NCBI GenBank assembly: GCA_023151275.1
Contig: JAKLJI010000001.1
Coordinates: forward strand, 146,409 to 210,408
DNA from: Bacteroidia bacterium
Lineage (GTDB): Bacteria > Bacteroidota > Bacteroidia > UKL13-3
DNA: 64,000 nt
Direction of reading: 5' to 3'
The position numbers were made by a program, and so were the translations under genes. The notes under the pieces were generated by a model, which worked only from the letters and a program-made list of their open reading frames with translations, was not told where the DNA came from and searched no databases. The first letter of the stretch is position 1. Each line of letters opens with the position of its first letter. Positions 56,938-64,000 of the stretch are shown piece after piece.

Positions 56938-59358
56938 TTAACGTATTCCTGTTATTCCTTGTTCCGTTTTAAGCTCGGCATCTTTCAAAAACTCAGGCTT
57001 AATTTCGCCAAACAGGTAATGGCAAACATGCATCAAGGAAGAATAATCTTTCACCTCCAAAGCAGATTCTCCGCGGGCGATAAGCTGAGCTCTTTTGCGC
57101 TCATCCCGGAAATACTGCTTTTCCATGAATTGCAGGGAAAGGAAAATGCCCACGTAATTTTCGGGTTTTGAATAAAAGAGGTCTGAATTGATTGAACTTA
57201 GTTCCTTGCACGATTTATTCACCCAAAACACATCTCCCGAATCAAGCATAGCCTTTTCAGTTTGAATCAAGCGCTCTGCGGTTGTCCGTTGTATAGCACT
57301 TGCATTGGGCTCAAGTCCTGTCCAACGTTGTTTTTCCTGTTCCCAAAGCTGAATGGCCATTTCCATTCTACCGGCACCTTGAATTTGATCAAGCTCGCGA
57401 AGCAAACTTCTTTTTTGCTCATCAATCCGATACAAATCCACTTGTTCGTTTTTTATCTCCTCCAAATCATGAGAAAGCTTTTGAAGGCGGGCAGCAAGCT
57501 CAAAGTCCTGATCCTGCAAGGCTTTTACTATGGCGGGTGCTACCTGTTCTTGTGCAAGTGCAATTTCCTTTTCTATTTTTTCTTTGTTGGCAACCCTTAC
57601 CTGTGCATTGAATCTGCTTCCTAAATCAAGCTCCGCTGAGGGTATTCGAACCCGAATACTCAAATCACGCGATTCAGACATTTCCAATTCAAGTTCTACG
57701 GCTGTGCCCTTAACCAAATCGTAACTAACCTGAGTCCCTTTAATTTCAATCAAACCTATGCTGAGGTTTGAGGCGGGTAAAGTTCCTCTTCTACCTTCCA
57801 AAACATTAATAAACAAAGCATCTTCCGAGCCAGCCCGAATGGTGCGCGATAAGGTTTTACGCAAGGTATGCTTTAATGGAAGTAAACTGTTTCGACTAAA
57901 AACAGGTTCCAGCAAAGTACTGTTGTCTTCGGTATCCAGTTCCAGACAAATATCGGCAGGCAGCGGCTGACCGCTGACACTGTACAAGCCATGTGAAATG
58001 CTACATGCAGCAAAGGCGGTTTGTTTGCCTTTGGTACTTTCAAACTGCAAGTCGAAGCGATTAAGTTCTTTGGGCAAAAGCGGAACAAAAACCTCTGCTT
58101 CTCCATTGATTTCTTCTTCAAATACAAGCTGCTTATCGTTACTGCGCAGTATTTTCAAACGCCCTTTCTGAGGCGGCTCCACATGAATACTCAGCAATTC
58201 TTCGAGGTCGCGGGTTTGAGTTTCAGCATCTACATGCAATTTCAGGGCTTGAAACTTTTCGACTGGCTCGGCAATTTGTTCACGCATGCGTGTTCCTGCA
58301 TAATAAACGGCTCCTCGGGCAACAGCAGTAGTAGGGTCGATGCTGCTGTCAACCACAAGTCCGGTTTGCAAGCGCAATTGCTCACGGATATAAGGAATAT
58401 ACGTTGTACCGCCTACCAAAACGATGCGGTTCACATCCTTGTATGAAAACCCGCTCATGCGCATAAGTTCATTCAGCAGCTGAAGCGACTCTTCAAAATA
58501 AGGCTTTACCAATGCTTCAAAGGCTTCGCGCTTAATAAGCAATTCCATTTCAAGACCGGCATCCTCAAACTCCAATTCAAGCGTGGTTTCCGCGCTAAGT
58601 GACAGGTCTTTCTTTGCTTCTTCGGCTTTAGACAGCAGGTAATTCAACAACTCTTCTTTGTTATCTTTATCCAATGCATCCCATAGCTCTTGGTCGATTG
58701 CCGGGACGATTACCTGATTAAGAATAGCGCGGTCGATATCAAAGCCTCCCAGGAAATTGTTGCCCAAATGGTTCTTTACCTTGAGCTCACGGTGGTTAAT
58801 TTCAACCAGGGCGCTATCAAAAGTACCACCTCCAAAATCGTAAACCAGCCAACGTTGAAAGGTATCAAGATTAAGTTGATTGTCGTTTGCATAGGCCAAA
58901 CAAGCAGCAATTGGCTCCTGAAGCAGAACTACTTCCTTAAGTCCGGCAAGTTCACCAGCCTTACGTGTAGCATTGGATTGTATGGTATCAAACGAGGCGG
59001 GAATTGTTATCACACAGGCTTCCACTGTTTCATCCTGAACAAAACCCAAAAGACTCTTAACCACCTCGGCAGATAACTCAACGGGAGATACCGCTTGTTC
59101 AAGTCCTTCAACCCGATAGCTGCTGTCTGTTCCCATGCCACGCTTGAAAGAACCAACAACTTTGCCGGGTTGAGTAACAAGTAAATCAAGCGCCTTTTCT
59201 CCAACCAAAATTTTCCCTGATTTATAGCCCACCACAGATGGCAACAACTCGCGAAATCCTTTTGGGTTCTTGAACAAAATCACCTTGCCATGCTCATATT
59301 TGCCAATGGCTGAGTAAGTAGTTCCTAAGTCGATTCCAAAATTTATGGGTTGTTGCAT
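56938..59358 (-). CDS. Hsp70-family (DnaK-like actin-fold ATPase) protein with long non-canonical C-terminal extension
   Basis: Start at ATG 59358. N-terminal phosphate-1 (GIDLGTTYSA), connect-1 (YDFGGGTFD) and phosphate-2 (LVGGTTYIPYI) motifs. About 390-aa ATPase domain followed by about 400 aa without a DnaK substrate-binding/lid signature. Confidence 0.75.
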   Translation of the reverse strand: MQQPINFGIDLGTTYSAIGKYEHGKVILFKNPKGFRELLPSVVGYKSGKILVGEKALDLLVTQPGKVVGSFKRGMGTDSSYRVEGLEQAVSPVELSAEVVKSLLGFVQDETVEACVITIPASFDTIQSNATRKAGELAGLKEVVLLQEPIAACLAYANDNQLNLDTFQRWLVYDFGGGTFDSALVEINHRELKVKNHLGNNFLGGFDIDRAILNQVIVPAIDQELWDALDKDNKEELLNYLLSKAEEAKKDLSLSAETTLELEFEDAGLEMELLIKREAFEALVKPYFEESLQLLNELMRMSGFSYKDVNRIVLVGGTTYIPYIREQLRLQTGLVVDSSIDPTTAVARGAVYYAGTRMREQIAEPVEKFQALKLHVDAETQTRDLEELLSIHVEPPQKGRLKILRSNDKQLVFEEEINGEAEVFVPLLPKELNRFDLQFESTKGKQTAFAACSISHGLYSVSGQPLPADICLELDTEDNSTLLEPVFSRNSLLPLKHTLRKTLSRTIRAGSEDALFINVLEGRRGTLPASNLSIGLIEIKGTQVSYDLVKGTAVELELEMSESRDLSIRVRIPSAELDLGSRFNAQVRVANKEKIEKEIALAQEQVAPAIVKALQDQDFELAARLQKLSHDLEEIKNEQVDLYRIDEQKRSLLRELDQIQGAGRMEMAIQLWEQEKQRWTGLEPNASAIQRTTAERLIQTEKAMLDSGDVFWVNKSCKELSSINSDLFYSKPENYVGIFLSLQFMEKQYFRDERKRAQLIARGESALEVKDYSSLMHVCHYLFGEIKPEFLKDAELKTEQGITGIR

Positions 59359-59667
59359 GGTACTAAATAAAATAGGGTATTTTCGGCGATGGTTCTTCCA
59401 CTGCAAATAAGCCGCTTTTTTTTAAAGGTCCGCAATAAACTATCAAATCATAACCCAATAATTCCAGACTTTTTTATTCGGTTGCTTCGCTATGGAATTC
59501 AATCCAATTTCTTTGAAAACCTTTCCGAATCAGCTTATATCCGTTTGGAAAAACAAGTGAAAGCAAGAGCCCGAAAAGAAAGTGCATTTGAAGCCGATAA
59601 CACTGAAAAATTTCTTGAAGCCCTTAACAAACATGGCCGTGCTATCGACTTAATACTATCAGATGAT

Positions 59668-61041
59668 ATGCTAAGTCATTTGGTGAAAGGTAAGAAATTC
59701 AAAGCCCATGATTTTATTCCTTTCACTCCTGCCAACAAAGCAGATTTGGAGCTGGTGCGCAACTTTTTTAGCGAATATTTAGAAGCTGATTTATTCAATC
59801 AATTTTCGAAGCGCATGAACCTTGGCGATTACAAAGAAATACTGGTTTGGCATAGGAGTAGAAATGTATTCAGCCCGGGATTCCTTCAAAAAATGGAAAA
59901 TCTCTTAGGTTCACAAGCCGAACTGATTGCAGAAAGTATCAATGCGCGTATACCAATTTATAAACTAAAAAAACAAATTCCTTTTGCTAAAAAGAAAGGC
60001 TTTTTCCTTTTGATGAATGAGTACAAAGGGGTTTTTCTGGATGAAAAAATTGGTAAAATTCTAAGTGCATTTAGCCAAAATAGCAACTACACCGAGGGTT
60101 CTGACTTTGCAGACAGCATCTTGTTTCAAATGGGAGAATACCATCCCGAGAACGATAGCTTGCATTATGGCAGAATGGCTACGGTTATGGTGGCGGGTGG
60201 CAGTTACAAAGTTGCTCTAATAGCGGGAGGCTCAATAATTGGCGGTGTAATTCTAATTTTCACCTTGGTAATTTATAACCACGAATCAAAACCTCCGGGA
60301 CCATTTGTTTGGCCGAAAGATGAATGGAATGCACGTATTATGGAAGACAACTACAAGCAGATTGTAAACCTTCCCAAAGGGCAATTGAGTAGGCTTCGTC
60401 GCTTGCATTGCGATAGTCTTTTGCAACAATTGGCCAATGACCCTATTGCCAAAGCAGCCGGAATTACCTACACCGAAGACAGCATACCCAATTGGCAAAC
60501 CGGAAGAATTTGTTCAGGACCTTCGGAATGGAGTCAACCCTTAGCAAAAACCCCTGGCCAAAGTTTCATTTTTGTAAACCGAACTCCACAGGAATTGCTC
60601 CTATTCACCTATTTCTTCAACTGCTACTACGAAAAATACGAAGGCATTTATCCCTGTAAAACGCCAATTGCCTATTGCAGTATCTATGTGAAGCCTTGGG
60701 ATTCGTTGGAACTTAGCTCCTCTGTTTTGGAACGCTTTTACATTCAAACCGGACCCTCACTTAGGCATTGGACAGGAAGAGTTCCTTACATTACAGAAGA
60801 CTTGGGAAGCACCTATGCCTTTTGCAATGCCCGGGAACAAGATTCACTATTATTAAGCTACGAACTGAAGAACATGGGAAAAGACAGAAGTAGCGGTGGA
60901 CGATTGATTCTGGAAGAGGTACCAAAATCATTTACCCTACATTGGCAAGGGCACAGTTACGCCATTTTCTTGGAGAATCAGAAAACCTACTTAAAACCAT
61001 TTATGCCTTTCGACATCAAAAAGAAAAAGATTGGCGCTTAG
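59668..61041 (+). CDS. hypothetical single-pass membrane protein
   Basis: The ORF-track start at 59389 would leave only 30 bp of AT-rich divergent intergenic space. The first plausible internal ATG is at 59668, and the start remains uncertain. Central TM (VALIAGGSIIGGVILIFTLVIY). Confidence 0.35.
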   Translation: MLSHLVKGKKFKAHDFIPFTPANKADLELVRNFFSEYLEADLFNQFSKRMNLGDYKEILVWHRSRNVFSPGFLQKMENLLGSQAELIAESINARIPIYKLKKQIPFAKKKGFFLLMNEYKGVFLDEKIGKILSAFSQNSNYTEGSDFADSILFQMGEYHPENDSLHYGRMATVMVAGGSYKVALIAGGSIIGGVILIFTLVIYNHESKPPGPFVWPKDEWNARIMEDNYKQIVNLPKGQLSRLRRLHCDSLLQQLANDPIAKAAGITYTEDSIPNWQTGRICSGPSEWSQPLAKTPGQSFIFVNRTPQELLLFTYFFNCYYEKYEGIYPCKTPIAYCSIYVKPWDSLELSSSVLERFYIQTGPSLRHWTGRVPYITEDLGSTYAFCNAREQDSLLLSYELKNMGKDRSSGGRLILEEVPKSFTLHWQGHSYAIFLENQKTYLKPFMPFDIKKKKIGA

Positions 61042-61553
61042 GACTTCTTTTTGTAAACCGGAACATTGCTGCAAGCCTCGCCATACATTAGGCTTTTAAC
61101 AACAGGCAACAGGCGTGAACTCAGTTCAACATAAGCAGAAACAGGAACCGGTTTATGGCTACATCCTTTTAAAATTACACGCTGATCTTTGTAATCTTCC
61201 GGTCGAATGGCATTCAAAGCATCCAGGTATAAGGTATGTTCAAGCAATTCAAGATTTCCCAAAACATAGCGGTTTGCATAGGGTTGGACGGAAGCTGCAA
61301 GCAACATCCATGCCCAATTGGGAATCAATGCTTCGCTCGAACAGAAAAAGGCCAGGTTCTTACCTTGGTAGTTTTCCCAAGCATGATTCTTCACCTCCTC
61401 ACGAAAATCTTTTTCTTTAAGAATCATTTCACGAAACAACCAAGGCTTGATATCAAAGGCTACCCGCTCGCCATCGTGGAAATAGGTTTCTAAATCCAAG
61501 GTAACAAGCCCACTTGAGGCCACTTTATTAGGAATTAAATCAATTGCATCCAT
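61038..61553 (-). CDS. hypothetical protein (DUF2480-like, tentative)
   Basis: 171 aa with no catalytic motif. The family label is from memory of Bacteroidota pyk neighbourhoods and is not verified. Confidence 0.4.
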   Translation of the reverse strand: MDAIDLIPNKVASSGLVTLDLETYFHDGERVAFDIKPWLFREMILKEKDFREEVKNHAWENYQGKNLAFFCSSEALIPNWAWMLLAASVQPYANRYVLGNLELLEHTLYLDALNAIRPEDYKDQRVILKGCSHKPVPVSAYVELSSRLLPVVKSLMYGEACSNVPVYKKKS

Positions 61554-61574
61554 AGCTGGAACTTGCTATTCAAT

Positions 61575-61630
61575 AGAAGAAATTAGATATCCGGATAAAC
61601 AAGCCACCAATAAAGTGGTTTGCTTACCCG
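61575..61630 (-). terminator. putative terminator hairpin downstream of pyk
   Basis: CCGGATAAACAAGCCAC-caataaa-GTGGTTTGCTTACCCGG, about a 17-bp stem with 3 mismatches. On the minus strand it is followed by ATATCTAATTTCTTC. Confidence 0.4.
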
Positions 61631-61640
61631 GAAAACAGGC

Positions 61641-63077
61641 TTATTTAATTTCGGTAATCTTAACCGCATTGGTGCGTGAACGGTCGGTAATTGGCATACT
61701 AGCCGTATTGATTACCAAATCACCATGCTTCACATAACCCATATCTACCAATTGTTGGTTGATATCATTGATGGAAGCATCTGTACTTTCAAACCCGCGG
61801 TAAAGAAAACCCCTTACACCCCAAACCAAACTAAGTGTATTAAGCAAACGTGGATTGGTAGTAAAGATAAAGATTGGGGCTTTGGGTCTATAAGCAGCAA
61901 GGCGGTATGCCGAATAGCCTGAGAAAGTCATACCCACAACCGCATTGGCTTTCAAGTGGTCAGAAATTCGAACTGCGGTAAATAGAATTTCATCCGAAAG
62001 AAAGGTTGCAGAATGTGCATCAGGTCTTTTTCCTTTGAAATAAGGCGCATTGGTTTTCTCCTCAACTTCCAGAATTGTTTTCTGCATGTAGGTGATGGCA
62101 TTGATTGGGAAGGCACCAACCGAAGTTTCAGCACTCAGCATAACGGCATCAGCACCATCCATTACGGCATTTGCAATATCGTTCAATTCCGCGCGGGTTG
62201 GAACCGGATTGGTAATCATGCTCTCCATCATTTGAGTGGCAATAATTACCGGTTTAGAAAATTCGATGCACTTTTTTACAATCATTTTCTGAATTACCGG
62301 AACCGATTCCATAGGCATTTCAACTCCCAAATCGCCACGGGCAACCATAACTCCATCCGTAACCTGAACTATTCTATCAATGTTTTCTACTGCTTCAGGC
62401 TTCTCAACTTTTGCGATTACACGAGGTTTCCAATCGTTAAGCTCAATGATATTTTTGATAAAAATAACGTCATCGGCATTGCGAACGAAGGAAAGTGCAA
62501 CCCATTCCACTTTATTTTCCAGTCCAAATTTCAAATCATCCAAATCTTTTTGAGTCATGGATGGGATTGACAATCGGGTATCGGGAAGGTTGAATCCTTT
62601 TTTGTTTGAAAGCCAGCCACCAACAATAACCTGGGTTTTGATGGAATTCTTTTTGTTGGTTTCGATTACTTTCAATTCCAATTTTCCGTCATCCAGCAAA
62701 ATCCGTTCGCCTGGGTTGATGTCTTTGGGAAGACTTTCAAAGTTGACATAGATTTTCTCGCTGGTACCTATGCACTTTAGGGTACTTACTTCAAGGATAG
62801 CATCTTTTTTCAGTTCCACCTTTCCGTTTTCCATTTCACCCACACGCAGTTTGGGACCCTGCAAATCGAGTAAAATAGCCACATGCATACCCAAATCATC
62901 ATTTACCTTTCGGATATTATCAATTACCTGCTGATGGTCATCGTAGGAGCCATGTGAGAAATTAAGTCTGCACACGTCAACTCCTGCCTCAATTATCTTA
63001 CGTAAATTTTCGTAGCTGCTGGTTGCCGGACCAATGGTTGCAATAATTTTGGTACGGTTAAAAGTTCTATCTATCAT
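61641..63077 (-). CDS. pyk: pyruvate kinase
   Basis: 478 aa. TKIIATIGPA, K+/Mg2+ site (..MVARGDLGVE) and C-terminal regulatory domain. Confidence 0.9.
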   Translation of the reverse strand: MIDRTFNRTKIIATIGPATSSYENLRKIIEAGVDVCRLNFSHGSYDDHQQVIDNIRKVNDDLGMHVAILLDLQGPKLRVGEMENGKVELKKDAILEVSTLKCIGTSEKIYVNFESLPKDINPGERILLDDGKLELKVIETNKKNSIKTQVIVGGWLSNKKGFNLPDTRLSIPSMTQKDLDDLKFGLENKVEWVALSFVRNADDVIFIKNIIELNDWKPRVIAKVEKPEAVENIDRIVQVTDGVMVARGDLGVEMPMESVPVIQKMIVKKCIEFSKPVIIATQMMESMITNPVPTRAELNDIANAVMDGADAVMLSAETSVGAFPINAITYMQKTILEVEEKTNAPYFKGKRPDAHSATFLSDEILFTAVRISDHLKANAVVGMTFSGYSAYRLAAYRPKAPIFIFTTNPRLLNTLSLVWGVRGFLYRGFESTDASINDINQQLVDMGYVKHGDLVINTASMPITDRSRTNAVKITEIK

Positions 63078-63085
63078 AATCTATT

Positions 63086-63505
63086 TTATACTATCCAACT
63101 AAGTTTATTCTTCAATTTAAAGTCCTCAATCTCAGATATCAATCTTATTTCCTGCAATTGACGCATGGAATCAAGAAAGGCACCGCGGTTAAAAAACTCA
63201 AGCCCTCCTCTAATAACAAGCAGGTAATCAAACTGTTTGATGCCAGGATGGAGGAATTCTCCGGAATCCCGGTTTGCAATGAGTGAAAAATCGAGGTGAT
63301 TCTCTTCATCCCGATAGTCAAGTTTTGAGAACGAACTTTGATGATTTGGGTTAAAATCAGACAGGTTTAAATCTTCTTCCCGACTAAGATTCAGGTCTGA
63401 ATACCGATTGAGCAGAAAGCCCAGGCGACTAATATTCTGGCTGGTTACAATCCCAATTAGCAGAAAATTAATATCCCCATCAACCTCAAGCTGCAATTTT
63501 TTCAC
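63086..63505 (-). CDS. hypothetical protein, possibly IPExxxVDY-family
   Basis: 139 aa. HPGIKQFDYLL loosely fits the IPExxxVDY motif. The family is Bacteroidota-specific. Confidence 0.4.
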   Translation of the reverse strand: MKKLQLEVDGDINFLLIGIVTSQNISRLGFLLNRYSDLNLSREEDLNLSDFNPNHQSSFSKLDYRDEENHLDFSLIANRDSGEFLHPGIKQFDYLLVIRGGLEFFNRGAFLDSMRQLQEIRLISEIEDFKLKNKLSWIV

Positions 63506-63626
63506 ACTTACAAATAAACGAAAAAATGGTGGGTATGAGCAATAGCAACATTGAACGCTGGGGAGTTAAAATTTGTTTTTTAAATGCAAAAAGCACTTTA
63601 TTTGCACAGTATTAAACTTTAGAACA

Positions 63627-63866
63627 ATGTCAGACATCAGAGGAAGAGTTAAAACTATCATCATGGACAAACTCGGCGTTGAAGAAGCTGAAATCACAGA
63701 CGAGGCAAGCTTTACCAACGATCTGGGAGCAGATTCACTAGACACAGTTGAATTGATCATGGAATTCGAAAAAGAATTCAATATTGCTATTCCAGATGAT
63801 CAGGCTGAGAAAATCAGCACAGTAGGACAAGCCGTTTCCTACATTGAAGCTAATGTAAAAGGCTAA
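63627..63866 (+). CDS. acpP: acyl carrier protein
   Basis: Start at ATG 63627. The [10 protein letters not shown] motif carries the phosphopantetheine-attachment Ser. Confidence 0.9.
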   Translation: MSDIRGRVKTIIMDKLGVEEAEITDEASFTNDLGADSLDTVELIMEFEKEFNIAIPDDQAEKISTVGQAVSYIEANVKG

Positions 63867-63889
63867 GCCTCAGCATTAAAAATTTTACA

Positions 63890-64000
63890 ATGCGTTTGCG
63901 TAGAGTTGTTGTTACCGGATTAGGTGCGTTGACACCTATTGGCAACACCCTTCAGGCGTATTGGGATGGATTATCAAATGGGGTAAGTGGTGCTGCACCA
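63890..64000 (+). CDS. fabF: beta-ketoacyl-ACP synthase II, N-terminal fragment (runs off window)
   Basis: MRLRRVVVTGLGALTPIGN... is the canonical FabF N-terminus. Lies directly downstream of acpP. Confidence 0.8.
   Translation, partial: MRLRRVVVTGLGALTPIGNTLQAYWDGLSNGVSGAAP

Noticed and set aside
1-64000. CRISPR arrays, rRNA genes, transposases or integrases
   Set aside because: No regularly spaced short direct repeats with unique spacers. The hairpin repeats found are adjacent tandem units without spacers. There are no rRNA-like conserved blocks and no DDE or tyrosine-recombinase motifs in any frame that I could recognise.

Overview
This is a 64-kb chromosomal window from a Bacteroidota-type genome. 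Type A and type B T9SS C-terminal sorting domains, SusC/TonB-type receptors, DUF4249, GxxExxY and GH3-family genes all point that way. Coding density is high on both strands. Most genes are housekeeping or cell-surface: ECF sigma/FecR/TonB transducer, two FKBP PPIases, NrnA, Kup, RecQ, ManC, LdcA, GDH, AnmK, pyruvate kinase, acpP/fabF, tRNA-Pro, the glycoside hydrolases GH53 and GH30, and a YfhO/GT39-like/SAM-MTase glycosylation trio.

The main non-routine items are:
- A cobalamin riboswitch with a clear B12 box, lying antisense to a spurious predicted ORF. It heads a BtuB-like operon whose accessory surface proteins carry T9SS sorting domains and end with a BtuG-like beta-propeller lipoprotein.
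- An Xre(DUF2384-like)/RES toxin-antitoxin pair with palindromic operator-like sites.
- A previously unannotated family of about 110-130 bp hairpin-forming repeats (CTTCAT x2 / CCATGG core / ATGAAG x3). It occurs as arrays on both sides of the TA pair and as a 470-bp tandem array next to a GxxExxY (PD-(D/E)XK-like) gene.
- A 1945-aa three-module beta-helix T9SS adhesin.
- A minus-strand cluster of a non-canonical 800-aa Hsp70-like ATPase, a small membrane protein, a motif-degenerate TrpF-like protein and an orphan AbrB/MazE-like protein.

No CRISPR array, integrase, transposase or rRNA gene was seen.
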